A stretch of 63,993 bases of DNA, the filler included, from Dirinaria sp. TL-2023a (Eukaryota): assembly GCA_051941275.1 (NCBI GenBank). It is 5 parts of 5 records of this genome, joined end to end, with 100 filler letters (N's around TTAATTAATTAA, not from the genome) between each part and the next. Parts side by side here need not be neighbours in the genome. Positions count along the whole stretch, not along the records: positions 26,578 to 39,749 come from JAVEBF010000708.1; positions 39,850 to 52,985 come from JAVEBF010000709.1; 3 more parts are not named here. The stretch is one strand, 5' to 3'. The notes under the pieces were generated by a model. The model was not told the DNA's origin. It worked only from the letters and a program-made list of their open reading frames with translations, and made no database searches. The translations under genes and the position numbers were made by a program. Every line of letters begins with the position of its first letter. Positions within the stretch are counted from its first letter, which is position 1. Positions 26,478 through 40,091 of the stretch are shown in pieces.

Positions 26478-26577
26478 NNNNNNNNNNNNNNNNNNNNNNN
26501 NNNNNNNNNNNNNNNNNNNNNTTAATTAATTAANNNNNNNNNNNNNNNNNNNNNNNNNNNNNNNNNNNNNNNNNNNN
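26478..26577. other. Artificial contig spacer
   Basis: 100-bp N-run with central TTAATTAATTAA. Confidence 0.97.
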
Positions 26578-27622
26578 CGTACGACCCTCGCCACCTTTCT
26601 TCATTTTGAACCCCCATTCTAAAAATTCCAAAACTACTTGAAAACTAATAATCTTCATCCAAATGATAAACCCTGCCATACCTGACCACCTCTAGCCCTG
26701 ATAAAGAAATACTTAACAAAACCCTTAATCTCTAGCACAAAGATATGATAATACTCCCTATCTCCCTACGGATACGAGATCTTCACAATTACAAAGCCCA
26801 AATTTACGCACTGATGAATGAAAAGACCCTATAGATTTGGTCTTACGCAGTGCATACATGCAGGACCGTGTTTTGAAAGGAGTGAAAAGACGATGGAGGC
26901 GTGATAGTAGCTCTCTGTGTCTTACTGTTGTTCAAAGAAAATTTCCAGCTGTTTGCAGCCTCTGTTCTGCCAACACTACTCCTCCAACTTCTCGATCGAG
27001 AAAACATTTCCTTACCAGTAAACATCTGTTGGCCAAAGTCCCATCTTATTCGAGATCTAGATTGGAAAGATTCACTATGTGTGGTCGGAGCTCAGCCTAG
27101 TTCACATATATACAAATGCAAGATCTGGGCTTGGCAAAGCTCCGTAATTAGGCGAGGAGGATAAAGATGCTATCTGCAAACATCCTTTGTGCACTGATAG
27201 CCTATTCGGTTCAGACACATCCCCGAGATCAACTTGCACGGGGTCATGGGCCCTGGGACCCTGTCCCATAGTGACTGCCAAGTACGAGTACGAGTACCTT
27301 ACTAGCTTAGTCATTTCCAGTTTTTATGTGCCTCCGGGCACATAGGAATCCATGCCAGAACCCGCCTGGCAGATTCTGCTGCACCATAGCATGGCCTGGC
27401 CAGACCAGGCCAGTCCCACCTGATCCCAGTCAAGCCAGACCCAGCTCCACGTACCCATCCCATGCCCACATTACCACACCATCCCGAACACCGAACCCCA
27501 ACCGAATATCCAGCGCCTCCATAACATGTGTATAGCGCCTTGCCACCATGCCCGCTGGAACGCTTGAAAGAAGTCTTAGAATGCAGAAATTGTAGCGAAA
27601 GAGAGAAAGAACAAGCTGGGTA

Positions 27623-30129
27623 TCACTCCTTCTTCTTCCTCGTTAGTGACCCTTTCGCGTGAGGGATATCGATTCCCAGGCCCCAGCTACGCTTCCGACG
27701 ATGTGCACCATGGATGTTGGGCGTATTGGTCTCACCATCTGGATCCTGCCGGTCAGGATGGAACGGGTTCTTGTATTTCGGCTCGGGTGAGCTCGGAGTC
27801 ATCGAGAGCTGGCTCATGGCTGGAGTGGGTATTGTGGGGCCCTTCTGTGGTACGCCAACGAAGGGAGAAGACGCTCGTCTACTCGAGAAAACGTGTGCCG
27901 AGGGAGTGGAAGGCTGAGAATACGAGCTAGACAAGATCGCCGGCTGCTCGTGGGCGGGTGATTGAGGCGACGAGGGCGACTCCATGGGGGATGAGTAGGA
28001 CAAAGAGGAAGATGACGCGGACGAAGGTATATTCGAGGTGTCGGCGCCGGAGGAGGTAAGATCTTGGTGTACTGGAAGGTTAAGCGTAGGAGCGGTGTGG
28101 GTGAGGGGAGGCGCTAGGGTCATTGGTTTGGTAGAGTGAAGCGCAGTATTGATGCTCAGAGGCTTATGTGTATGGACTTTGTGGGGACGGGGTTTGAGAA
28201 TCCTGGAAGATGTGGAAACTGCTGTATCGGGAGCATTGGTTTCGGATAGAGGTCGACTTTTCACTTTCCTTTGACCACGACCGCCCCTCTTCGAGTCCGA
28301 TCGTGACCGGACATGGCCCAGCCTCAAATCAACCTGGCTGGGGCTGAAGACGACTCTTGCCCGAAGTCTTTGTACTGCATCGTCTAGTGCTAACTCAATA
28401 GCACAATGATTCCTTATCCGACTTAGCTTCGGCCATGTGGCCCGCTCACCGCAGACCATGGCTTGGTACATGAATTCTGAAGTAGGATTTTGGAGCATAC
28501 GCGGGAAGTGCGCATAAGATATCTCTGGCATAATGGTAATGTCGCCGGAGTATTTCTGACTCAATACCGAGATTACTTTCGTCAATGTGTTCGGGAATAT
28601 TCCTATATCTGCCATTGTATGCATCCGATGTAGAGCCTCACCTTTCGCGAGGTGAGATACACTGTTGAGCCAGGTTGGCCCGGAAGTCACAATTCCGGAG
28701 GATTGTTGCGCTTGTTGTGCCAAAGAGTCCTCTTCTTTGACCAGGAAGGGGACGACATGAGGATTGACTTGTGACACAATGAAATGGTTGACGTTGAACA
28801 TCTCGGCCAGCCTTGTCATTGGGAGGTCGTTGTCGACAGAGCCGTCGATCCATCGTTGAGGTGAAGGATTCCATGGTACTGCCTCGCCTGTCTTCGGATC
28901 TTTGGCGAGCAGAGAAGCAGCCGAAAAAATCAAAGGTACAGAACAGGATGCTGCAACAGCTGACCAGATCAGGACATTTGGTGCGGTAATGTAGTTGAGT
29001 AGTCGCGGGAGCTCGTAGAGGCTGGCGCTTGAAACACAGATGTTCAAGATCTTCCTTGTCCTATTGTAAGCTTCTTGAAATGTTATTTCGCCAAGTATAT
29101 CGCGCATGACCCTTATTAGGTGCGATATGTCAAACATGGCACCATGCTTGAGGAACCTCGCCACTTTGCGGAGCATACTATCTTCGTTACCCGCCTCTTC
29201 GAACACGGCGAGGTCACCATCGCAAAAGGTTGCAAATAATTCACGAATCTCCTCGTCCGTCCGTGTACAGAGCACAGCACAAACAATACTCCCCGCGGAA
29301 GCACCAGAAATTATGCGAGGGAGTAGTCGAGCTTCCCATAGCGCCTTCAGTACTCCAGTATGATTCATGCCGAATGTAGCACCTCCAGACAACAGCAGAG
29401 CACTTCTACCAAAAGCCTGTCGTGCCGATAGCACCTGCTCTAAGATATATTTTGTCTCCAATCCGTCGCACTTGGCCTTCGCAGAAATGTCCAAAAGCGT
29501 GTCCAGAGTTGCTAATGCCGAGGTTATGTATCGTTCGATGAGGTCTTTAGTTCCGATATGGGTATGCTTGTATAGTTTGAGGTTCCCCATGCCCCCCAGA
29601 CCTCGAGTGAGTGACGTTCGAACCAAAAACAGCATGCGGCCCACGTCGCAACTAATCCGTGCCTCGTCTAGCTGCCTCAGCCTGCTTTCCACAAGTTCTG
29701 CATCGTAGTCTGGAGACTCGAAGACCGACTTCCACTCGTTGTTTCCTTCGATGTTGTCGAGGGATGTTGCCGCGATACGCCAGTCTTCGTAGGCAGCTGC
29801 CTACATTACCCGTTAGCTATCTTGTCTACTCTGGAAGGTCGGTTTCCTTCAGTTCCTACCTCCCGCAACCGGACATACAAGATCTGCTTCTTATCTTCCA
29901 AACTCCGCTTACGAGCTTTCTCTTCTTTTGGACATCCATCCTGCCAGTACTCGACGACCTCGGTCGCACTCTCGAACGGGCTGCGAACAAAACGGATCAA
30001 GTTGGCGAAGGAGCTCTTGGGATGAAGGGCAGTGTTTCGAGTGTTGCCTTCAGCCGCTACAAAATCCCGGTCCGAGTCATGATTGAAGTCGATGCCATGC
30101 AGGAAAGCAGAGCTTTGGAAAATTGACAT
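27623..30129 (-). CDS. TGL4: Patatin-like triacylglycerol lipase (Tgl4/Tgl5 type), 2 exons
   Basis: ALLLSGGATFG oxyanion region, ISGASAG nucleophile elbow, WIDGSVDNDLP, FNVNHFIVSQVNPH. Intron near 29805-29860. Confidence 0.88.
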
Positions 30130-31147
30130 TGCTCTACATCAAAGGACGCCATACGTATATGGGAATCCTCGTGCAATGAAGGAATCGGCGGTTGGGTGCG
30201 CTTTATTGCTGGGCCATGATGTCGCACGAAGGTTGGCGACTGTCTGTAGGAAGGAGCGTGCATGTGAGGAACTAGAAGGATGGTAAAGTACGGTAATGAA
30301 TGAAGAGATCGACTGGTGTTTAGACGTGGGCGGTGAGCGCATCACGAGGGTCATCTATATTCCTTTTTCTACTAGCCGGCATTTCCTCGGAACTTGGACA
30401 ACTGACCATCCCGTCACCCACCACACACACGTAAAGTATCAAAGACAGGGCATCTCGGAACCAGACTTGAAAGAACTCTGTCCACACGCTAGAACCCAAT
30501 CCGCAAAGTCAGATAAAGGCCCTCGTTGCGCGCAAATCAACGACCGCTTCTTTGTCATGATTGGCAAGCTAGATACACACCGCCGCTACCTGACTCGATG
30601 CTTTCAGCCATGTGAAAATCAAGTCTTGTGAACACACTACTAATACTGCTACGTTCACACCATCTTTACATACCTGGGACAATGGCCATTGGTACCTTAG
30701 CCCACAGAAAGTTTGGTGAAGTTGGGATCGATCAGCAGGTCTTGGTATGACATACTTATCGATGCTATTGTGTACTGCTCCCTCAGACCATGGAGTTTTC
30801 AGTCATCTTTCCTCTTGCGTCTAAGCTTCCCGTTGCTGTAGAGTGCATTCTGAATTTGTTGGCGTAACTTAAATCACTCTACCATATATGGTAGTGTATT
30901 CAACATTTTTATATTTTTGTTTAGACTACCTACATCTCCGTATAGTAATGTTTGCTATTGTGTCCTATCCTCAACACATCATTTGGGCAAATTGACCTCC
31001 CTTGTACATCGATCATCTTCAAATTTTCATGTGATCATTAAGCTCTGAAAAGACTGAAGTTTGCTCAGTCCTCAGTCGTTATCGCTCTTGTCCTTCTCAG
31101 AGCAAGATTGATACTCTCAGCTTGATGTTGCCATATGGTCATTTCAA

Positions 31148-31990
31148 CTATGTAGGCTGATTCCCTACAACATCTGAGGTGTCATAATTCCGATACTGCT
31201 GCAGACAAGGCCGCTGATGCGATCCTAATGATACTCCTACCCCGAGTTCCTGTGCCCAAGTCCCCAAATGGGCATATGCAATTGGATTTGTGACCGTGTC
31301 TTGGCCCGCTTGGACTGCAGCTATGACTGAAGCGGCTGTAATGTTGTTGGGATTGCCCCTCATGGTGAGGCCCGGACCTGAGATGCGCCTGAGTTTGACC
31401 ATAGACTCGAGCACTACCCAACCCAAGTAGATTCCTCCGGGCGCTCTAGTGCACGGGTCCGGAGTGGGTGCCAAATTGAGTGCGATAGGGCAAAGAACTA
31501 TAAGTGGAAGCCTAGTAGGTCCTAATGGTTGAATTGAATAGGCTGGCGGTCCACTGAGTGGCATCTGCGTGCTGTTGATGGTGCACTTCTTGTATATGTC
31601 GTGGCAGAGAACCCCAATCTGACCTCCAGTCCCAGATAAGTTTTGAAGCGTTCGCCTGTATACCGAGGCTACAATCTGAGAAACGTCTTTATCCGGAGGA
31701 AAGAAAGTACTGAACGGGGGTTGTGTGAAGTTTACAGTAGCCGCTAACCCGGCTTGAGCAAGACTGTAGGCTTCAGTGAGAGCTTTCCGGGCGGTGGCGA
31801 GATCATTGCCTGGGCAACTGCCTTTCACAACTCCGATTCCCTCATATGGCTTGTTTGTCCGGCTCTCTAGGGAGCCGTATCCTGTGTTGCCCCAATATGA
31901 ACCCTTGAACAGCGCATTCGAGCTGCCCAGCGCAGAAGTAAGTAGAACAGTCAGATAGAACAGATAGCGCCACATGAACATGGGAGACAT
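31148..31990 (-). CDS. Secreted Cys-containing protein resembling deuterolysin/M35 metalloproteases but lacking HEXXH
   Basis: Signal peptide MWRYLFYLTVLLTSALG. Pattern C..A..LA.AG..A..PF..FF..V...Y..C.D....C..AY..IVLCP..P..C..N..AYA. Family assignment by eye. Confidence 0.6.
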   Translation of the reverse strand: MSPMFMWRYLFYLTVLLTSALGSSNALFKGSYWGNTGYGSLESRTNKPYEGIGVVKGSCPGNDLATARKALTEAYSLAQAGLAATVNFTQPPFSTFFPPDKDVSQIVASVYRRTLQNLSGTGGQIGVLCHDIYKKCTINSTQMPLSGPPAYSIQPLGPTRLPLIVLCPIALNLAPTPDPCTRAPGGIYLGWVVLESMVKLRRISGPGLTMRGNPNNITAASVIAAVQAGQDTVTNPIAYAHLGTWAQELGVGVSLGSHQRPCLQQYRNYDTSDVVGNQPT

Positions 31991-33040
31991 TCTTCGAAAC
32001 GGTCTATATCTAGCTTCATCAGGCGCTATGAGTAAATCTTCCAAGTAATCCGCCTGAGCAAGATGTTCAATGTTGGAGCTGACGGTCACAAATTAGCAAC
32101 CGAGTGTCGTTGTGCTGAGGCTCATCGCTCACCTATGTATTCAGATACTGATTAAGCCAAATTATCTGCTCAATTATAGCCCAAAAATTCGTTAGAACAC
32201 CGCTTGGACAGAATATACGAAGAGCAAAGACGAAAAGTAGCTACCGCTATAGATACTTAGTAACGAGAAAGAACAGTCGAACAAGAGAATCTCGCTAATG
32301 CAAAGGCTCTATCATGAGGAAAGCAAGACACATTACATAGTCACACTCGGGTGGGCAATCGCGCGACAGAATTTCGTTGCAGTCAGTTCGCAGGTGTCAT
32401 AGCCAATTACTATCTGCACTGTCTAGGTGGCGTGGTCTTCATTTTGCAGAAATGATATGTATCGCATAGATTAGCACTCGAATGGCGAGCCAGCCATGCA
32501 TTGCCCGAAGTAAAGTACCTGCTGATGTTATTCAACCGTGGGGAGAGCGTTGGGACTCTAAGACTCAATCACGTTTCACAAGTGTGCTAGCTCTGCAGCA
32601 CTGACCTCCTAGGATCCCAAGTTTGAGAGCGCGCAAAAAATTGTTAGATACACCCGCTAGTTTGGGGAGCTGGCGCATATACCTTACCTTAGGCCTTCTT
32701 TTACATCGTAGCGCCCTTTGCCACAGCATACCTGAGTAGCGATCTCCATCTGAAACAGGCATGATAGAGGATAGAAAGGGATGCAAAGTTTGAATGAGCA
32801 AAGTATTTTGGCTAATGTACATGGCCCGCACAGAAGTATGATCTTAGCACTTCTGCTGCGGCTACTTTTGCTATTGTACATGGGCCACAAAGGTGGTGCA
32901 GGATGATTGCAAGGCTTGGCCTAACTTCGATTTGGGCGCCTCGCTGCAAATTTCGTTCTATGGTGAAAATCAAAGACCTAATCGAGTTGTGTGATCTTGT
33001 CGCATGAGATCGAGAGTGTTTGTGCTGCTACGTCTACGAT

Positions 33041-36000
33041 TCAAGGACTTGGCGTGCCTTCCTCGTAGCGAGGCCCATCTGTTTCCCCAGCGCCCCAGCC
33101 AGGGGTCTCTGGCTGGCCGCTATATGGGGTCTCCACCTCGCCACCATAAGGGGTTGCTGCCGCCGCTGCAGGAGTAGGTGCGCTGTACGCGTTGCCATTC
33201 GTGGCAGACGGTGTGGGCGCGGCGGCTGGGGTAGGGGCGTCATAGGCCGTTCGGGTGTTACGTGTGTCATTGGAAGCAGTGGTGTTCGACTGCCCATATG
33301 AAGTATGTGCGTCATTGTTGTAGGATGTATACGCCGGGGTACGCGAAGAGGGTTCGTAAGCAGGAGTACGAGATGAGAATGGGTCGTTGGTAGCACCTCC
33401 GTACGAGGTTCGGGATGAAGGATCCCAAGCTGGCGTACGCTGTCACGAAGCGTCAGTATTCCATGGAAAATCATCGACCGCGTTAAGAGGATGGATGGAG
33501 GTCATCAAACTTACACCTCCAGCAAACCCGCCGTACTGAGTACGCGACCCATCAGCATAGGGATTAACAGTTGCAGAACCTCCACTACCATAAGCGGGAG
33601 TACGGCCACCAGACATGGCGTTCTGCTGCCATGCCGGCGTACGAGCAGAGGAGCTTCCGTATGCCGGGGCTTGAAGACCGTTAGTGGGCCTCGACTCAGT
33701 AAGTGAAGGAAAGACTTACTTCGACTTCCAGCTGCTAAGCCCCAAGCTGGTGTTCGTCCCCCTTCAGGGATTGGTAGCGGGGTACGGTTTCCCTGCGGAA
33801 CTCGCGAAGATGGCACTCTGCTACTGAAGCCACTGGGACCACCACCGTAGCCACCGCGAGAGGCCCCTCCATAGCTAGTGAAGCGCGCATAGTCGATGTC
33901 ATTGCCTGTCAGCGGACTGCAGAATATTAGCAGGCCGCACTCTTGATACAAAGTAACAGACGAGACTCACTCTTTGAACTTCAAGGTCTCCTTAGATACA
34001 GTGATCGTTTTAGATTTTGAATGTAATTCGACGCGCGCTTCAGTATCTGTGGTATCCTTTATGATACCGAGCAATCCCTTGTGAGGGCCTTTTCGAATTG
34101 TGACAGTCTGGCCTAGCGCTCGATCGCGACCGAACGATCTCGGCGGAGGCATTGCACCAGCGCCATTTGCGCTACCTCTCTGCAAGGCTGGATTCATCTT
34201 TGTGAGGTCCGGTCCATTGCTCGCCTGAGCAACTCTGCCTCCCTTTGCTGCAACGGTGGCAACGTTTGAAGCTCTTGCAACGGAGACGCCCAGATTCTCG
34301 GTCTGTTCACGGTCGTAAAGGAAAAGGTAAGAGCGATTGATGTGTAGAATCACGCCTTTCTTCTGATCGCCACCAAGTTCGCGGACTGTGTCGTCGATTC
34401 GGATCTCAGAGCCATGTCGGTCCGTAGCGACAGCATGACGACGGCGCTCAAGCCTATTTGAGATTTGAGAAGGCAAGACGGAGCGTACGGAGCCATTTTG
34501 GTCTAGGATCCGCAATGTCTCGCGGTCGACTTTGATGATACAGCCGACTGTTGAAGGACTGCACAGCAAATCAGCACTTGTACCAAAATCATGTAGCGTT
34601 GACCACTTACTCAAGTTGAACAAGATCATGTAGATGGTACTTGCCTAGACTACCGACAGTGCCAGTATCGCTGGCCTCCCTCAAGTCTTTGCTGAAGACC
34701 GTGATTTCTTGCGTGCTAAGGTCGCTCAGGATAGTGACGGTATCGTTCTTGATGCGAACTACCATGCCAACTTCGTCGGCGTATCGGCTCCCTCCAATGA
34801 CTTTGACATGATCACCTTCTTTGAATTGCTTTCTCAGACCTTTGACAGGCACTTCGATGCTCTGACCTTTAAGATCTCCTTCGGTGATCGTTACGGAAGC
34901 GATATCTGCTCGAACCGAAGAAATCTTGCCAACAACGCCTTGTTGCTCGCCTTCATAGACTTCGACCACGTCACCTGGCTGGTAGCTCTCGACCGATGCG
35001 TTATTTTTCAGGGTCGCTTGCAATGCCGCGAGATCGAGATTCTCCGTTCCATCAGCTGCTCCTGACGCAAATAAGGTGACCTCTTCGAGCTGAGGGTCCA
35101 CATTTTCCATTTGAAGCTGGTTCAGCTTGAAGTCTTTGATCAAGAACCCGTTGATGAAGTTCTCGTTGCGATAGCGCCAATGCTTCTTATCAAAGGTCGA
35201 CAGAGATTCGAGGTATCTCGATTCCTTCTTCTTGGCCTCCACTTCGCTGAAAAGACGCTGGGGTGGCCGCTGGAATGCGCGGGAGTAGACTCGCTTCCTA
35301 TTATTGCCCATAGGCGTTGGCGCGGCACTGCTATCGGCCGCGGGAGCCGTCTTGTCCTCGTTCAACCCATAATCAAGTCGTGGCACGAGGCGTACAGATG
35401 CGGTGTTACCATTAGGTTCAGAGTCATCAACCTGCCCGAGATCGCCTGCGTATTTTCCTTTCTTGATCCTTACGTACGAGCCATTTTCAAGGGGTTTGCT
35501 GGGGATTACGCGAAGCAGATCCGGCATTTCCTTGACCTCGATGAGGGTGATTTTCGATTTGTGGTAGCTAAGGCTTAGACCATCGAGGGCGGTGAAGACA
35601 TGAGATTGCATACGAGCTTCGACATAAATGTAACCGGTCGTATGGCTTCTCTCGAATGCAGAGATGATTGGAACGGGGTTTTGACCTTTGCCCCATTCTT
35701 CGATTCGTTTCGTAATCAACATCACAAGCTCCCTCTCCTTGCCGGGTTTGCATTTGACGCTCCAAATACTTGGATCGTTAACGCCAGGCAGTAGAGCTCG
35801 CTTCGGAACGATTGCCGCCCCCATGGCTGCTGTTCGAGTAGATCGACCGTATCGCTCTTTGTACAGCTGCGCTTGCTGTTCTGCGTCCATTTGCTGAGCG
35901 CGTTCTCGCTGGCGATCAAGTTCCCGATGTCGGCGATCGTCCGTTTCCGCCCCGGCGGGCAGATCGGCTAAATCATCCGGGTGGGTATCTGCAATGAACC

Positions 36001-36482
36001 CTTCACCTTGCCCCTCCTCATCCTCCTCATCGCCCTCCTCTTCATCTTCATCGACTTCAGCTTCAACATCGAGGTACTGATTGCGGGGGTCTCGACGAGC
36101 TCTCTTGCGTGGGCGTCCCTTAAACACGAATTAGCTAGACATTGCTTACTGGAACAGAGCCTCGTACGGTGATCGCGTCGTCCTCGTCCTCATCTTCATC
36201 CTCGTCATCCTCGTCTTCATCCTCCACCTGATCGTCAGCGCCATTCGCGTCGTCACCTTCATCCCCGTCCTCGGCGTTCGGGTCGTTCCCGGGGCTCGTC
36301 ACACGCCCCCCATGCTCTGCAGATGGACGTCTTTGCTCATTGCCATCTTTGGTCGGCTTGGAACGCTGCCCCTCGTCCGAGTCGCCTCCAGCTTCATTGT
36401 CGGATTCGTCGGCTGGAGCAGGGTTGAAGTTGTCGTCTTCGGACTCGGAGCCAAAGTCCTGATCAAGCAGAGTCGCAGACAT
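33041..36482 (-). CDS. SPT5: Transcription elongation factor Spt5, multi-exon
   Basis: Acidic N-terminus, [20 protein letters not shown] (NGN domain), KOW motifs ([34 protein letters not shown]), C-terminal GGRTPAW / APTP repeats, stop at 33041-33043. Confidence 0.95.
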
Positions 36483-37657
36483 CTTCACCTGTCTTGCTAT
36501 GGGCTAGCAGATGAGAGTGATACAAATATGAGGCAGGAAACTACGAGACCCATGCAGGTGTTGGGCCCCTCGACTACTGCAAGTGTTTACACATTGTGTA
36601 TGAGAACAGCAACTAGGAACATTCTGAAGAGGAAGAAGTGATAAGGTATGATGCTGCTCTTGGATTAGCCGCTTAGCTGCCTGGGCGTCTGGCAGTGTGC
36701 CAAGGCCGGAGATTTCCCGACGCTAGCCTTCAGCTGGTCCCGAGGTCTATTGTCCATGCTCTACAGCATCACATCACCAGAACTCTCTGGGAAACAGAAC
36801 AAGACCAGGACAAGACCAGGGACAATACACTATACTGTGCACACGCGGTCCAAAGGCCTACTGTGTAGCTCTACTGATATGTCTGCGTGTCAAAGCCATA
36901 TATCTCGGAACCATCTTGGCTATGATCAATGCTGAATATGAGGCTGCAGCAGATGGCTAATGGCGTCAAACCGTTCTTGCAGACCGTAAAGCAGCTACAA
37001 TTTGCTCACAACCTCAAGGCTGGCGATGATTCTCCGCCAACCTTCTCTGCCGTGTACACTGCCTTACTTTGGCTTGCAAGTCTCGCAAATGTCGAAGCTG
37101 TGCCGGGTGTCAGTCCCGCGGGCGGCCCATGAAACCGCTTGGCATTGAGGAGTCCTTAAGCCTCTTCAGGAGTTCGTCCGACTGAAGGATGCGTCGGGGG
37201 TACGTCGTCACGTCTCACTGCTGTGCCAGAAATGTCCAGGTATCTTTGGGCCAATGAAGCCTGCCAATCTGACTCCATACCTTCCGAAACTGGATGAGTG
37301 CAGCTTCCAAAGTGGGCTGTGCCCGGCATAGCACATCCTTCAATGATGCTCAAACTACCGCGAAACCATCCCCATTACTAAAGTTTCCGCGTTGGCAGTG
37401 CCCGCATGTTGCATTATGCAAGCCGCCATCGTACAACAAAGTGTTCGATCTTTAAATATGCTCTCCAAATGCTGTCGCCGTGCGGCGTGCCATCGCTATC
37501 ACAGACGATCGCAGCATCACCTTTTGAGGCTGGAGGACAGAAAGAAAATATATATCATGATCGTCGATAGTCTCCGAATCGAACAGAAGCCGCCTTACAG
37601 CCTCGTGTCTTTGCAAGTAACAAATTTTGCTATTCTTCCTAGGGTCTGACATTCTAC

Positions 37658-39749
37658 ATGGTAGCTATGCTTTGCTTTACGCACAACTCTCGAAATCTAT
37701 GGCTAGCATCTTTGATCTGCCTTTTATATGCATCGGCTATAGCTATCGCTAGCCCAGATTTCCCCCTAGATTCTCGAACCCATGACGGAGCTGTTGGCCG
37801 CCGTATGGCCGCCGCTCGCCTGACAAAGTCAATCGAGCAGCGAAACATTGAAAGCGCTCTCCGTTACGATCACAAGCTCCACTATCTCGAAGGTAAAAGC
37901 TCTACTTTCTTTGCCGCTGCCTGTTCAAGAACCTTTCCATGACCGTATGCTGTTGATGTTGAAGGTCATCGATGACCTCAATCCGGACGTGACTCTTCGA
38001 AAGATGCCTTGACCTGGGATCCAGGACAAAATCAATCTTTCATCAATTGTTCTAGCCTTCAAGCTCCTCTTTCAATTGAAGATGTTCTTCTCGTCGTATG
38101 GGGTCGATTCAGTGGTCCTAATGTACAGCACAGAGCTCCCCGGAAGTGCCTCCGCGCCCGCTGCGGCCCAGCTTCGGATTTCGACGAAAAAACCAACTCT
38201 AGCCCTTGAAGCTCTCGAAGACCGAATCTGGTCTATTGAATGTGCGAATGGAGAGCTTCGTTTAAGTTTTGCGACGACCGAAGCCCTCGAATCCCTGTAC
38301 AAGTACTTTGACAATACCTCGGGGTTCTTCGTGATTACTTCACACGACACCTGCAACGAGGATGGAGCGCGCAGCGTCTACCTGTACGCTGTCCCCTGGT
38401 CATCTCAACTTCCCAGTCTAACAGCTGCAGTGTCTCTGGTTCGACTATAGATCGTTTCAGTCTCCTTGTCAAGCTTGCAATTACACCTGTATCTTGGCAA
38501 GATGCCTGTCATACGACGAATATCAAGTTCGGTAGCGCCAATGAGGATCTCGTCTTCCGCAAGCCCAATGGACTACGAAAGCGACAAAACACGTTCCCAA
38601 CGGCGACAAGTGCAGTATCAACCATTCCCTTTCCAGTCCCACCATCTTCCAGCCCAACTCCATCGACCACGCACCAAATCCACGAGAACATTAACCTCCA
38701 TTTCCAAAACACTCAGATCCTCCCACCCCAATTTCCCGGAGTGGATAGTACAACCCTGCACGCGCCATTCGTCCCGCACGGCATAACCTTCGGCTGCGCG
38801 AATTGCACCGCAGTGGGCAGCCTCGATCTGATTGAAGGGGAATTCAGCGTCGCCCAAAGTAACACGAGTACCCTACTATCACGCTCAGACATAACAAACG
38901 AAACCGAAACCGTAGAGCACTTCTTCGAACGAGGCTACCTCACCTTCAACCTCAGCAGCTTCACCGCATACATCGAGCTAGACTCTACAATCACCGCCAC
39001 CCACCAGCTCGCAAGCTTCAAAGTTCCCCTTCCCTCAATCCCCCTCTCTCCTTTCCAAATTCCGGGCATTGCCTCCATCGGCCCAATCTTCAACCCCAAT
39101 CTCGAGCTCACGTTCACCGCCGGCACATCATTGAATTTCACCTATGGCTTCACGCTCACACTCCCACCCTCAACCATAACGCTCGACATCGCAAATCTAA
39201 CCAACAGCAATGTCACCGGTTTTCACGGAGCAAACATAACCGCGCTCCCCTTTCAGTCCACCTTTAACTCGATCTCTCTCACCGCTTCGATGGGCTTCAC
39301 ACCTGAACTGCTGCTCGGAGTCTCCGTCTTTTCCGGCTTGGGTACAGCAGGCGCCGGTGCCTATCTCACTCTGCCGTCGGTCTCCGCAACCGTAGCTCAA
39401 GTCTCGCACGTGGATTCGCATTGCGATCCCCTGCCTGCCCCTCAGTCCTCCTCGGACACGACGAATGCCACAGCCGACATCTTCACCTCTCTCACGCACC
39501 TTTCCGCAAGTACAAACCTCTCTGTCGGCCTCGTAGCCGAAGCAGATATCCACGCTGGAAGTTTCAAGCTTGGAGAAGAGCAACTGTTTCCGGTTTTCGA
39601 AACGGGATTCCCACTCCCGACTGCATGTCTGAGTTTCGATGAAGGGAGCAAAGGGTTCGTGCCTGCTACTCAGGTCGTAGCGAGCGCGACTGCGACTGCA
39701 ACTGCCGGGGGCAAGGCTTTGCCGGGCGGGGGGAAGACAGGAGGTGTGG
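37658..39749 (+). CDS. Secreted/putative GPI-anchored beta-rich protein of unknown function (multi-exon, 3' truncated)
   Basis: Hydrophobic signal LWLASLICLLYASAIAIA, then LHYLE, FFVITSHDTCNEDGARSVY, FGCANCTAVG, SPFQIPGIASIGP, LPTACLSF and an Ala/Thr-rich tail. GT-AG introns link the ORF fragments. Confidence 0.7.
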
Positions 39750-39849
39750 NNNNNNNNNNNNNNNNNNNNNNNNNNNNNNNNNNNNNNNNNNNNTTAATTA
39801 ATTAANNNNNNNNNNNNNNNNNNNNNNNNNNNNNNNNNNNNNNNNNNNN
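39750..39849. other. Artificial contig spacer
   Basis: 100-bp N-run with central TTAATTAATTAA, followed by a poly-A contig end. Confidence 0.97.
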
Positions 39850-39885
<36 letters not shown>

Positions 39886-40091
39886 CGCTTAGTTGGTATC
39901 AATGGTCCGCAAGACGCATGAAAAAGGCATTCAAAAATCTCCACACTGCCTCATTCCCCTCTGCCCTGCCTCAGGCCCTTTGCCTCCACAAAAGCAAGGC
40001 TGTTCGAGGTTTCCTAAGGGCAGTAGACCCTTCGAGTAGAACATGAGCTTTATAGACATATCGACCAAAGTTTCTAGGCTATCCCCATCGT

